Notes under the pieces: model-generated
The model's database searches: none
Seen by the model: only the letters and a program-made list of their open reading frames with translations
Told to the model about the DNA's origin: nothing
Source of the DNA: Macrostomum lignano
Lineage: Eukaryota
Direction of reading: 5' to 3'
NCBI GenBank assembly: GCA_002269645.1
Contig: NIVC01001981.1
Span: forward strand, 1 to 64,000
Length of the DNA: 64,000 nucleotides
Program-made: the position numbers and the translations under genes
Shown here: in pieces, positions 38,638-64,000 of the stretch
How the letters are laid out: the number at the start of each line of letters is the position of its first letter
Position numbering within the stretch: position 1 is the stretch's first letter

Positions 38638-39664
38638 TTGTTATTATTAGCACAGTACATCAAGCGCAGTTTTTATAAAGTTAATATATTAGCAGATCGA
38701 ATTGATGAATTTCTTTCTAAAAAGCTTTTGCACCTATTATACATATTTCTGCAATTTAGCCAACAAATGCGAACAAATATGGCGTAGTTATTTGCTAACG
38801 AAGTAAGCGAACTAATCTATTTATTTAACAATCAACTGCCAAATTATTAAAGTAAATAACTAATCACCTACCTAATTATCAGTAATTAACATCAATAAAA
38901 TAAATGACGCACTAATTATTACTCTGAAGCAACAGTGCGTGTTATATATGTTGCATTCTGATTATTTTTTGTTTATTTGTTTATTTGCAAAGCAAAGGAA
39001 ACTAATTATAATATTTAAAGGTAATTGTAGTCCACTATTTGCTACTGGCATCTCTCTACAGTAGAGTAGTGCGAATATTTTACTAATTAAACAACAAGCA
39101 TTTTGGCACTATTCGTTGTGACAATGATGTGTGTATTTAGAAGTAGTGGTTGAATTGAGAGATTAAACAAAATTTGTATGATTAATGGCATTTACAAAAA
39201 AGCAGAATTTTCAGAATCAAAAAAATCAATACAGAATCTTTACATCACAATAAGCAGCAGTGAAGTCGACTTGAAGTCGAGATGGAAAACGAATTTTTCA
39301 AAGTAACTTTGTACACGTAACAGCTGAATACTCGTCTTCAAAATTTATGGGAATGCTTGAGCCACATTAATTACTTTATTGGGTATTCATTTATGAACCT
39401 GCATGTTATTCATACACAGCTAAAGCAAGAACCACTCAAGTAGGATGGGAGACAACGTTTCTTAAAAAAAATTAGGAAGCAGGTTTTACCAAAAGTTACA
39501 TTTACGTAGATAGGAGGTTTTAATTTTTTCAGTAGAAAAATATTATAAATTAATAGTAATTAGAAATACAGAGCTATAAGAGTGGCAATTTATATCAAAA
39601 GATGAACACTGGGTCTACCTCCTAGTGAAAGCAATATCAATTTTTGTTTGTTTTTGTTTTTTGG

Positions 39665-40285
39665 GATGGGTGAAAGAGATGGGGAGAGGGAGATGGGGAG
39701 AGGGAGATGGGGAGAGGGAGATGGGGAGAGGGAGATGGGGAGAGGGAGATGGGGAGAGGGAGATGGGGAGAGGGAGATGGGGAGAGGGAGATGGGGAGAG
39801 GGAGATGGGGAGAGGGAGATGGGGAGAGGGAGATGGGGAGAGGGAGATGGGGAGAGAGAGATGGGTGAAGGAGATGGGGAGAGGGAGATGGGTGAAGGAG
39901 ATGGGGAGAGGGAGATGGGGAGAGGGAAATGGGAGAGGGAAATGAGAGAGGGAAATGGGAGAAGGAGATGGGAGAGGGAGATGGGGAGAGTGAGATGTGG
40001 AGAGTGAGATAGGTGAAGGAGATGGGAGAGGGAGATGGGGAGAGTGAGATGTGGAGAGGAAAATGGGAGAGGGAGATGGGGAGAGTGAGATGGGTGAAGG
40101 AGATGGGGAGAGTGAGATGGGTGAAGGAGATGGGAGAGGGAGATGGGAGAGGGAGATGGGTGAAGGAGATGGGAGAGGGAGATGGGAGAGGGAAATGGGA
40201 GAGGGAGATGGGAGAGTGAGATGGGTGAAGGAGATGAGAGAGGGAGATGGGAGAGGGAAATGGGAGAGGGAGATGGGAGAGAGAG
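39665..40285. repeat. 13-14-bp polypurine minisatellite
   Basis: Unit GGG(G)AGAGGGAGAT. Confidence 0.95.
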
Positions 40286-40581
40286 GGATTTTTCGATGAA
40301 ACCTGACTCCTGACTGTCCTTCTACTTGAGTACTCATTGAGCTAATGTACATTTATAAGGTATTCGCCGCGGACGCACCCTGGCGCAACGCCTTCGGCCA
40401 CATATCGTCCCACAAACAGAGGTGACGCAATTCTATCAATTCCACTGACTCCTGAGCCACAATACTCACACACGCTCACGCAGGGTGTTCAGCGACCCTT
40501 TGACTTTGTAATCATCCATGGCATGTACAGTCTGCGCCTTGGGGGTTGGCCTTCAGGTAAAAAGCAGCTATCATAAAGCAG

Positions 40582-53126
<12,545 letters not shown>

Positions 53127-53607
53127 CTATTTTTGTAAGGCCTATAAAAGATGGCGCTTTGACTTCAGTTTATCATCCGGACTGGAGCGGAGGCCTCATG
53201 TGGGGCATCAATCAATGCGCCTGGCTCAGACAGATCCGGTAGGGTTGGGGACAGCAGGGGGAGCTCTGCAGCTCCCGGGGTGGGACAGTTCACACCGCGG
53301 CTCTCCACTCACTGCCCCACACGACTGGCATTACGAACGGGGGGTCTCTGTGAGTGAGTTGAGTGAGTGGCATGGCGGACTCCATCAAAGCTTAATATTC
53401 TGAAGGCATCTCTGCTTCCATAGCCGATGGCCATATAAGTTAGTCCGCCCAATACATTTTCGTGACGGCATTTGGAACAGCTCCATCATCAAGTTCCGCA
53501 GAGAGGGTAGGAAATCCCCAAGCCATGGAACAGGGGGATTAGCGAGGTAAATTAGGGATTTTTCATTCGACTAACCGCGTATAATGTATAAATTGCAATA
53601 CTCTTGA

Positions 53608-53621
53608 GTCACCATGGCAAC
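53608..53621. promoter_or_regulatory. X-box (RFX)-like palindrome GTCACCATGGCAAC
   Basis: Matches the GTHNYYATRRNAAC consensus. Confidence 0.35.
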
Positions 53622-54009
53622 TAGAACACTGTATCGGTCAACAGATAGCCAAATCTGGGATAAATATCCCACAACGACTGGCTTGAGGGGTTTCCCCGGC
53701 TGACTCCAATCGTGAGTCACCGTAAGCTGCCGCGCGCGTGTTGCCGCGAGCTAGCAGAAAAGAAGCAAAAATGGCAGAAATGTTGCAACACAAATCTGAC
53801 TCGAATTTTTCTTCTAAAAGCATTTTTTCCTTTTGATTCTTTTTGAACATTTTAGTAGTAACCATTTTGGCGCCAACTTTATACAGCTGTGAGAATTTTG
53901 TAACAGGACAATCATTATCAGTGGGGGGGGGGCAAGGTAGGCGGTTGACCCCCTTGACCTCCCCTATCTCTTTATCACTCAACAGGTAGTGACTCTAGCG
54001 AGTGACAAC

Positions 54010-54150
54010 AAAAACAGGGGCGCCCACCAAGAGACAGGGGCGCCAACCAAGAGGCAGGGGCGTCCAAAAAGAGACAGGGGCGCCCACCAAGAGACAGGGG
54101 CGCCTACCAAGAGACAGGGGCGCCCACCAAGAGACAGGGGCGCCCACCGT
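54010..54150. repeat. 20-bp GGCGCC-containing repeat, about 7 copies
   Basis: Unit GGGGCGCCCACCAAGAGACA. Confidence 0.9.
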
Positions 54151-54530
54151 GACACTAAGTATTGGCGCCCCATAGTGCTCCCCATAGTCCACTCACCAAC
54201 TCTCTCTGACGTCATCTTTCATTAAAGTTATCCCTGCATCACTTCTGCAGTGTTTGACTGGATCAGTTGCTTCTGAATAGAGAAAAGCCATTTACCAGGG
54301 CATGAAACTATCAGACCGACTTTCTCAGTCGGGCAGTTTATGCTAATCTGATTTCACCGGCTTGGTGACGATGGAGTGCGAGAATGAAGTGAGAATCCAA
54401 ATTCTTTTATCATCCCCATCTTATGGATATTGCTAGAGGCTTGGCTGACTCCCCGAACCAGCTCTAGAGGATGACTCATCCTTGAGTGTATTCGAATATT
54501 TACGAAATGCTATACATCTATATCAATGAC

Positions 54531-54544
54531 GTTGCTATGGAAAC
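54531..54544. promoter_or_regulatory. X-box (RFX)-like palindrome GTTGCTATGGAAAC
   Basis: Near-perfect RFX consensus. Confidence 0.4.
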
Positions 54545-55194
54545 GACCCCGGATGCCGCGTACACGAGCTGCTGTTATTTGTGACGGGACGCTGAAAATG
54601 AGGCTCCTGATGCAGATCGAGTCAGCGCCCCCAACCCCCGCATGAAAATGAGGCTCCTGAAGCAGATCGAGTCAGCGCCCCCCACCTCCTCATCTTGAAG
54701 TTTCTCAGTGGCCCAGTTAGAAAAGCCGCATCTGGAAGCTGGGGTGAGAAATGAGAGCGGTGTGAGAGATTCTGCGGGTGGCCCGGGTGAGTCACCTCTG
54801 TTGCAGGCCCACAGGCCAGGCGGCCTGCTTTCGCTTTCCTCTTGCTTCTCGCCTCTTCTAGAAGAAGAAATTCGTGGGGACCGCAAGCAATTTCTTTTTT
54901 CTCGTAGTTGGCGAAACCGGAGAATAACAGGAGAAACTAGACTGTGTCACAGGGGCCCACCGCAGAGTAAGAGTAGTGACTTCACTCTCCGTTTTTTACT
55001 CCTTTCTAGTAGGGAAAAAACAATATTTAGTATCGAATACCGTTCCAACTATTTTGCTGGATTGAAATTTCAGACCATCAGTTTTATTTGACTGTGAGCT
55101 TGTCTCCGATTTCAAGACGCGTGTTTTGTCGAATGCTGTCCTTTTAGGAATCTGTTTTACTTCGAGATGCGCAAACATACAAGCCATTGCTGAT

Positions 55195-55870
55195 GGAGAG
55201 AGGCAGGGACAGAGGCAGGGACAGAGGCAGGGACAGAGGCAGGGAGAGAGGCAGGTAGAGAGGCAGGGAGAGAGGCAGGGAGAGAGGCAGGGAGAGAGGC
55301 AGGGACAGAGGCAGGGAGAGGGGGAGGGAGAGAGGCAGGGACAGAGGCAGGGAGAGGGGCAGGGAGAGAGGCAGGGACAGAGGCAGGGACAGAGGCAGGG
55401 AGAGAGGCAGGGAGAGAGGCAGGGACAGAGGCAGGGAGAGAGGCAGGGAGAGAGGCAGGGATAGAGGCAGGGAGAGAGGCAGGGAGAGAGGCAGGGAGAG
55501 AGGCAGAGAGAGGCAGGGAGAGAGGCAGGGAGAGAGGCAGGGAGAGAGGCAGGGAGAGAGGCAGGGATAGAGGCAGGGAGAGAGGCAGAGAGAGGCAGGG
55601 ACAGAGGCAGGGAGAGAGGCAGGGAGAGAGGCAGAGAGAGGCAGGGAGAGAGGCAGGGAGAGAGGCAGGGAGAGAGGCAGGGAGAGAGGCAGGGAGGGAG
55701 GCAGGGAGAGAGGCAGGGAGAGAGGCAGGGAGAGAGGCAGGGAGAGAGGCAGGGAGAGAGGCAGGGAGAGAGGCAGGGAGAGAGGCAGGGAGAGAGGCAG
55801 GGAGAGAGGCAGGGAGAGAGGCAGGGAGAGAGGCAGGGAGAGAGGCAGGGAGAGAGGCAGGGAGAGAGGC
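55195..55870. repeat. 12-bp minisatellite GAGAGGCAGGGA
   Basis: Direct reading. Confidence 0.96.
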
Positions 55871-56866
55871 CCCCAGAGTCAGCAGCCAAGGATGCCATAT
55901 CAAACAGGGATTGCAGAGTTGCAGGCCCGGTTTAAAAGCCAATGCAAAAACGCTAGCCATGAAAGATGTCGAACGCAGCTGTAAAAGGAGGGTAGGAACA
56001 GCTTTTTAGCAGAATTTCCAATTTTCTTTGCTTGTGTCCGGCACAGTGTAAAATGGGCACGCACCGCGGCGCCTGGGGAGGTGTGGGCGCCGGGATTTAG
56101 GGGGAAAATATCCCATTGCCTTAATATCCCCAACACGAACCCCCCGTCAGCAGGCATGAGGAATGAGCGATGCCCAGCAATTCACACCATTCACTGGGAG
56201 GAGGCGCGAGCCAGTATTTTTCCCGGCTGGATTTGGCGCCAGAGTGGCGGAAGGCTTTGTTTTGCCAATATTCCTCAGCTCCAGGCCATGGACTACTAGG
56301 GGCTCAGTGTCTGGAGTGGAGACTGCATTCGTTTGATTTGGATTTTTTGGTCTTTGGAGAATTTTTTTGTGAGCAAAATCTAAAATTGAGAATCCAAATC
56401 TTTCTAAAGTGGGCAACCTGTTTTGGGCACCGTGTGAGGGGCGCCGTGAGAGGGACACCGTGGGAGGTGCGCCAACAAAAAGGATATTATGGCAGCGAAT
56501 TAGCCCCCTCCGAGCTCCTCCTCAATCCGCACATTCTGATTCACACAAAATAATTTTTTTCCCGACGGGTTTCCCAATCCAGATTCCTGCAGCCAGAAGT
56601 CCATGAAGCCCAGCATTAATTTCGTGCCGTAAATCCCTGCACCCCCGACTGAAGTCACGAGCGCCTAGAGGCGAAAACGCATTTTAAAGAATCTGAGTTA
56701 ATTTTTATTATCTTCAAGGCTGTGCCCGCAGATTTTATCTGTGTTGTTTTTAAATTGGCGCCAACAGGATATTTTGTTTAAATCATTCTTAAAAAACATG
56801 AATATTAAACCAGGATACAAGTGCTGATGCACTGTGGAATGTTCGGGAGAATAGCTGCCGACTTAC

Positions 56867-56965
56867 ACCGCCGCAAATGTGATTTGCCTGGCACGATGCG
56901 AGCTGGGAGTGCGGCTGCCGGTGCATCCGTGACAGGGTCCGGTTCGCTGCTGAGCTCTCTGACAC
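56867..56965 (-). CDS. Candidate 99-nt frame-preserving exon, possibly of the anosmin-like gene
   Basis: CCCACCCCCAG| acceptor and |GTAAGT donor; GC-rich; open in phase 0 (VSESSAANRTLSRMHRQPHSQLASCQANHICGG). Confidence 0.4.
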
Positions 56966-57049
56966 CTGGGGGGTGGGGGCATAAATATGGTGAGGATTAT
57001 TATCGTGGCAAATTTAATGTGACAGCATTCTAGTCAGAAGACAGATACT

Positions 57050-57515
57050 TTAGTGTGAGAGGGAGAGACTGAAAGGGAGATTGTGAGAGGGAGATTGTGA
57101 GAGGGAGATTGTGAGAGGGAGATTGTGAGAGGGAGATTGTGAGAGGGAGATTGTGAGAGGGAGATTGTGAGAGGGAGATTGTGAGAGGGAGATTGTGAGA
57201 GGGAGATTGTGAGAGGGAGATTGTGAGAGGGAGATTGTGAGAGGGAGATTGTGAGAGGGAGATTGTGAGAGGGAGATTGTGAGAGGGAGATTGTGAGAGG
57301 GAGATTGTGAGAAGGAGATTGTGAGAGTGAGAGAGTGAGAGGTAGAGAGTGAGAGGGAGATAGTGAGAGCGAGATTGTGAGAGGGAGATTGTGAGAGGGA
57401 GATTGTGAGAGGGAGATTGTGAGAAGGAGATTGTGAGAGTGAGAGAGTGAGAGGTAGAGAGTGAGAGGGAGATAGTGAGAGCGAGATAGTGAGAGGGAGA
57501 TTGTGAGAAGGAGAT
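57050..57515. repeat. 14-bp minisatellite GAGAGGGAGATTGT
   Basis: Direct reading. Confidence 0.96.
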
Positions 57516-57999
57516 TACTGCGTGCGAGAGACTAAGGACGGTGAGAAACCCTGCAGGCCGAAGTTGAACTTGAAAGAAAAATTTAAAGCTGGCAGAACTG
57601 CTGCAAGGCCGCGCGCTCCAGAAACATAAATAATTTCGGCCACGGAGCAACGGCGCAAAAACCGCGAAGAAGTGTTTATTGTTTACGATGTCGCCTGCAG
57701 CGGAAAACGAATATTCCCAACCCTAAGCTTCCCCACCTGCCCGCCTGAAAGCTCCCATCAAGTTTGAAGGTGCGTACTGTTTATAGAAAACTATTCGCTT
57801 CTTCTTTTAGAAGAGATTTGACGGAACACAAAGGAGAATGACGTTGCTTGCGTTGCGTACCGAAGTTTAAACATTTTGTGCGAACTTTTTGAATTTTGGA
57901 TTTGAAAATCGCTTTCCTAGCCAAAAGTGAAATAGAGGGCTATGAATGCGGAGAGGCTTAGATGAAAGTGAAAATGTGAAATAGGCAGTGTCTCCGTTT

Positions 58000-58460
58000 C
58001 CATTCTACTCGTATCTACTCTCTCTTCTCTCTCCCCTCTCCTCTCTCAGCTCTCTTCTCTGCTCTCTCCTGTCTCATCCCTTATCTCTCCCTCTCCTCTC
58101 TCCTTTATCTTTTCTCCCCTCTCATATTTCTTCTCTCCTCTTTAATCTCTCCTCTCTCATGTCTCCTCTCTCCTCTCTCATTTCTCCTCTCTTCTCTCAT
58201 ATCTTCTCTCTTTCATCTCTCCTCTCTCAGATCTCCTCCCTGCTCTCTCCTGTCTCATCTCTTATCTCTCATCTCTCCTCTCTATTTTCTCCCCTCTCAT
58301 ATCTCCTTTCTTTTCTCTCATCTCTCCTCTCTCATCTCTCCTCTCTCCTCTCTCCTCTCTTCTCTCTCCTCTCTCCTCTCTCCTCTTTCCTCTCTCTTCT
58401 CTTCTCTCTCCCCTATATCCTGTATCCTCTCTTACCCTTCACCCCCTCCTCTCTCATTTC
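58000..58460. repeat. Degenerate CT-rich low-complexity tract
   Basis: Direct reading. Confidence 0.9.
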
Positions 58461-59349
58461 ACTTTCGTGTCAGTGTGCAATATTTATTTGCTCACCCCTC
58501 CCGAGCATCTGTTTTTGGCCATCTCATCTACCGCCAACTTGCGGCAAAAGTCCCCAGAGAGCTCAGCCCATAACACAAGCGTTGCCGATTAATGCAAGCC
58601 CTTGAGAATCAATTTAGCCAGCGGTGTAACTCGATCCCCAAAAATGAATCGACAACTAACAGCTGCACAGTCGAGCAGCAGTCTCCCTGAATCTCCCCTT
58701 CATCGTTGGACACAGCTGATTCGCCACAACCGACTGACAGCTAGCATCTCCACCCCGCAGCCCGACACGCTTCGATAAACTTGACAAGCAGCAAAAATAC
58801 CTCATGTACCTCATATTATTACTGACAGCCAATAGAAATTGAGCTGGATTTGCTCAAACCGTCAGTATGCTCATGTGATGTTGATGTCCCGATCCCCTGT
58901 CTGTGTGCCGCCCCCCCCCCCTCAGAGCGCGTCCCCCCAGGGAAATTCTGCGGATAGTTGAGAATCTTGAGATGCTGGGCTCAGGATGAAGAAACTGCAA
59001 TGTATACAGTGTGTGGGAGCAGATATGCAGACTCAAGGCGGGGTTGGTTGAGGATCAGAACAGATCCGCGAATGGGGTCGATGGCGGATGACACCCGAGG
59101 GGCAGGCCGTTGCGGGGAATGAAGCAGACCGAGTGAGCACAGCTCTGCCGTGAGGACACGGGTCTTCTGCGGCTGAGAGATGATGGCGAGGAGGGAAGAG
59201 ACTGGGTGGCTGTTTGGTTAGGAAAAATACAGGGGAAATATTTTTCGAGTAGGGGAACAGAGTAAATGGGTTGATGGAAATAGAAAGAAATACATGTAGG
59301 TAGGAGTAGATAGACTCCAAGAGGGGTAGATAGACACCAAGATAGGCGC

Positions 59350-60100
59350 AAGATTGAGAATGAGATAGACACGATTGAGAATGAGATAGACACGATTGAG
59401 AATGAGATAGACACGATTGATAATGAGATAGACACGATTGAGAATGAGATAGACACGATTGAGAATGAGATAGACACGATTGAGAATGAGATAGACACGA
59501 TTGAGAATGAGATAGACACGATTGAGAATGAGATAGACACGATTGAGAATGAGATAGACACGATTGAGAATGAGATAGACACGATTGAGAATGAGATAGA
59601 CACGATTGAGAATGAGATAGACACGATTGAGAATGAGATAGACACGATTGAGAATGAGATAGACACGATTGAGAATGAGATAGACACGATTGAGAATGAG
59701 ATAGACACGATTGAGAATGAGATAGACACGATTGAGAATGAGATAGACACGATTGAGAATGAGATAGACACGATTGAGAATGAGATAGACACGATTGAGA
59801 ATGAGATAGACACGATTGAGAATGAGATAGACACGATTGATAATGAGATAGACACGATTGAGAATGAGATAGACACGATTGAGAATGAGATAGACACGAT
59901 TGAGAATGAGATAGACACGATTGAGAATGAGATAGACACGATTGAGAATGAGATAGACACGATTGAGAATGAGATAGACACGATTGAGAATGAGATAGAC
60001 ACGATTGAGAATGAGATAGACACGATTGAGAATGAGATAGACACGATTGAGAATGAGATAGACACGATTGAGAATGAGATAGACACGATTGAGAATGAGA
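59350..60100. repeat. 21-bp homogeneous minisatellite, about 35 copies
   Basis: Unit GATTGAGAATGAGATAGACAC. Confidence 0.97.
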
Positions 60101-60444
60101 CACGTGAGTGCAGATGCAGAGAGCCAGACTCAGCAGCAGAGATAAGCAACGGATTCGCGAACAGCAGTAAATTAGCAAATTCCCCACCAGTGAGGGAAGA
60201 GATTGAGATAGAGCACTTCCTGAACAGAGTTCAAGGCAAATATACCGCGATTAACATGGACTCTCAGTTCTCCCTCATCTTCACTCAATCCTTGCAGCTA
60301 CAGCCACATACTATTCCTTGATTGCAAAAATGTGGGTCACTATTTTATGATGTGCTTTTACTTTTAGGAACAGTCAATAGAAACTCGGTTTAGAAAATTA
60401 TCTGTTGTTTCTCGAAATTTCAGCACAAAATGGATCCAAACAAG

Positions 60445-61655
60445 CGAATAGAGAGGGAGAGGGAGAGAGGAGGAGTTGGAGAGGGAGAGGGAGAGAAGAG
60501 AGGGGGAGAGGGAGAGGGAGAAAAGAGAGGGGGAGAGGGAGAGGGAGAGAAGCGAGGGGGAGAGGGAGAGGGAGAAAAGAGAGGGGGAGAGGGAGAGGGA
60601 GAGAAGCGAGGGGAGAGGGAGAGGGAGAGAGGAGGAGTTGGAGAGGGAGAGGGAGAGAAGAGAGGGGAGAGGGAGAGGGAGAAAAGAGAGGGGAGAGGGA
60701 GAGGGAGAGAAGCGAGGGGAGAGGGAGAGGGAGAGAAGCGAGGGGGAGAGGGAGAGGGAGAAAAGAGAGGGGGAGAGGGAGAGGGAGAGAAGCGAGGGGG
60801 AGAGGGAGAGGGAGAGAGGAGGAGTTGGAGAGGGAGAGGGAGAGAAGAGAGGGGGAGAGGGAGAGGGAGAAAAGAGAGGGGGAGAGGGAGAGGGAGAGAA
60901 GCGAGGGGGAGAGGGAGAGGGAGAGAAGCGAGGGGGAGAGGGAGAGGGAGAAAAGAGAGGGGGAGAGGGAGAGGGAGAGAAGCGAGGGGAGAGGGAGAGG
61001 GAGAGAAGCGAGGGGGAGAGGGAGAGGGAGAAAAGAGAGGGGGAGAGGGAGAGGGAGAGAAGCGAGGGGGAGAGGGAGAGGGAGAGAAGCGAGGGGGAGA
61101 GGGAGAGGGAGAAAAGAGAGGGGGAGAGGGAGAGGGAGAGAAGCGAGGGGGAGAGGGAGAGGGAGAGAAGCGAGGGGGAGAGGGAGAGGGAGAAAAGAGA
61201 GGGGGAGAGGGAGAGGGAGAAAAGAGAGGGGGAGAGGGAGAGGGAGAGAAGCGAGGGGGAGAGGGAGAGGGAGAAAAGAGAGGGGGAGAGGGAGAGGGAG
61301 AAAAGAGAGGGGGAGAGGGAGAGGGAGAGAAGCGAGGGGGAGAGGGAGAGAAGCGAGGGGGAGAGGGAGAGAAGCGAGGGGGAGAGAGAGGGAGAGAAGC
61401 GAGGGGGAGAGAGAGGGAGAGAAGCGAGGGGAGAGAGAGGGAGAGAAGCGAGGGGGAGAGGGAGAGAAGCGAGGGGGAGAGGGAGAGAAGCGAGGGGGAG
61501 AGGGAGAGAAGCGAGGGGGAGAGGGAGAGAAGCGAAGGGGAGAGGCAGAGAAGTGAGGGGGAGAGGCAGAGAAGCGAGGGGGAGAGAGAGAAGCGAGGGG
61601 GAGAGGCAGAGAAGCGAGGGGGAGAGAGAGAGAAAAGCGAGGGGGAGAGGGAGAG
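60445..61655. repeat. 1.2-kb polypurine GA satellite
   Basis: GGGAGA/GAGAAG units of about 18-30 bp. Confidence 0.96.
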
Positions 61656-62064
61656 GCAGTAGTTCTAGGCATCAATAGTTAATCAAATATTCGCGGCAAC
61701 TGCAGATGACGTGCCCGTGAAATTGGTCACTGAAATTTGAAATCGGGACATGCAGCACACGGCAGCTAAAATATATTAGCAAAGCCTATTGAAGAATTCC
61801 CACACAATCTGAGTCGCCTGGGATGGCTGCCCTCCCTCAATTGCTGATGCACAATTATTGCTACAGATCTGTTGGGATTGGGTAAAATAATTTCCCAAGG
61901 AAATTATAGGGAAATGAGAAGAAGAGGAGGCGATGATGTGGCTGAAATGATGAGGCCTCGGTCGGGGTTATTTTCAGTCCTCTCTGATCCTCACGTCGCC
62001 GGCGTTCTGTCCCCAGAATCTTCTGGTCGAATCGAGTGCAGGTCTTTGTGGGCGCATTTCTCAG

Positions 62065-63570
62065 CCCCCCACATCCTCATAATCCCACAGCCTCATAATC
62101 CCACAGCCTCATAATCCCACAGCCTCATCACCCCACAGCCTCATAATCCCACATCCTCATAATCCCACAGCCTTATAATCCCACAGCCTCATAATCCCAC
62201 AGCCTCATAATCCCACAGCCTCATAATCCCACAGCCTCATAATCCCACATCCTCATAATCCCACAGCCTCATAATCCCACAGCCTCATAATCCCACATCC
62301 TCATAATCCCACAGCCTCATAATCCCACATCCTCATAATCCCACAGCCTCATAATCCCACATCCTCATAATCCCACAGCCTTATAATCCCACAGCCTCAT
62401 AATCCCACAGCCTCATAATCCCACAGCCTCATAATCCCACATCCTCATAATCCCACAGCCTCATAATCCCACAGCCTCATAATCCCACATCCTCATAATC
62501 CCACAGCCTCATAATCCCACATCCTCATAATCCCACATCCTCATAATCCCACAGCCTCATAATCCCACAGCCTCATAATCCCACATCCTCATAATCCCAC
62601 ATCCTCATAATCCCACAGCCTCATAATCCCACATCCTCATAATCCCACAGCCTCATAATCCCACATCCTCATAATCCCACAGCCTCATAATCCCACAGCC
62701 TCATAATCCCACATCCTCATAATCCCACAGCCTCATAATCCCACATCCTCATAATCCCACAGCCTCATAATCCCACAGCCTCATAATCCCACATCCTCAT
62801 AATCCCACATCCTCATAATCCCACAGCCTCATAATCCCACATCCTCATAATCCCACAGCCTCATAATCCCACAGCCTCATAATCCCACAGCCTCATAATC
62901 CCACATCCTCATAATCCCACAGCCTCATAATCCCACATCCTCATAATCCCACAGCCTTATAATCCCACAGCCTCATAATCCCACAGCCTCATAATCCCAC
63001 AGCCTCATAATCCCACATCCTCATAATCCCACAGCCTCATAATCCCACAGCCTCATAATCCCACATCCTCATAATCCCACAGCCTCATAATCCCACATCC
63101 TCATAATCCCACATCCTCATAATCCCACAGCCTCATAATCCCACAGCCTCATAATCCCACATCCTCATAATCCCACATCCTCATAATCCCACAGCCTCAT
63201 AATCCCACATCCTCATAATCCCACAGCCTCATAATCCCACAGCCTCATAATCCCACAGCCTCATAATCCCACAGCCTCATAATCCCACATCCTCATAATC
63301 CCACAGCCTCATAATCCCACATCCTCATAATCCCACATCCTCATAATCCCACAGCCTCATAATCCCACAGCCTCATCATCCCACATCCTCATAATCCCAC
63401 AGCCTCATAATCCCACAGCCTCATAATCCCACAGCCTCATAATCCCACATCCTCATAATCCCACAGCCTCATCATCCCACATCCTCATAATCCCACATCC
63501 TCATAATCCCACAGCCTCATAATCCCACAGCCTCATCATCCCACATCCTCATAATCCCACAGCCTCATCA
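62065..63570. repeat. 16-bp minisatellite, about 94 copies
   Basis: Unit CTCATAATCCCACA(G/T)C. Confidence 0.97.
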
Positions 63571-63924
63571 TGCTGTACTAATCTGGAAATTAGGAAATTC
63601 TGAAATCTTTAAGCTCGTCTGATGGCTGCGTGACGGATAAAAAATAGCAAAAAGAAGCAGAGAACGAAACCCGGAAATTTAATGACAAATAGTATAAATT
63701 TGTTATACTGTGTTGCACCAATTTTCGCCTAACTTACTTTATTTGGAAGAAGAGTGAGAGAGGCTCGATCGTCTTTACTAATTAGTGGCGTTTTTTTATT
63801 TTTATTAGCTATCTGTTATTGACTGTTCCTAATAAATAGATAGCTTGCTAGCTATTTATTAGGTAATATTTATCACATAATTAATAATTAACCTAATTAA
63901 AACTATACTATTTGTATATATCTA

Positions 63925-63990
63925 GGGGGTTGTAGCCCAGTGGTTAAAGGGTCACGACTGGAAGGTCGGGGGCTCGATTCTCGACCCACC
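63925..63990 (+). mobile_element. tRNA-derived SINE-like head or tRNA pseudogene at the window edge
   Basis: A-box-like TAGCCCAGTGGTTAA (63933-63947) and B-box-like GGCTCGATTCT (63971-63981); the anticodon arm does not fold. Confidence 0.55.
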
Positions 63991-64000
63991 TGGAACAATT

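Overview
Eukaryotic, intron-containing animal genomic DNA. GC-rich exons, AT-rich intergenic DNA and introns packed with minisatellites and (GATA)n suggest a free-living flatworm such as Macrostomum; this is inference, not a database match. By reading splice sites I assembled six gene models: septin-7 (+, 4 exons), Pin1 (+, 2 exons), an AK5-like protein with two degenerate adenylate-kinase domains and an IQ motif (-, 6 exons), a 100-aa secreted prohormone-like precursor encoding FADY x4 and FADF x1 (-, 2 coding exons, not evident from the ORF track), an unassigned multi-pass membrane protein (+, at least 4 exons, one apparent 1-nt frameshift) and an anosmin-1/KAL1-like WAP+FN3 protein (-, at least 8 exons, 5' end unresolved). 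Transposon content: two sibling 8-bp-TSD MITEs (one carrying a 64-bp 28S rRNA fragment spanning the R2/I-PpoI/Pokey target site), a hAT-type MITE with a second MITE nested inside, a deleted Tc1/mariner element and a tRNA-derived SINE-like head. Nearly all long ORFs in the supplied track are translations of tandem repeats and are not genes. The best candidates for novelty are the FADY precursor, the 28S-carrying MITE, and introns whose minisatellites themselves supply the splice acceptor.
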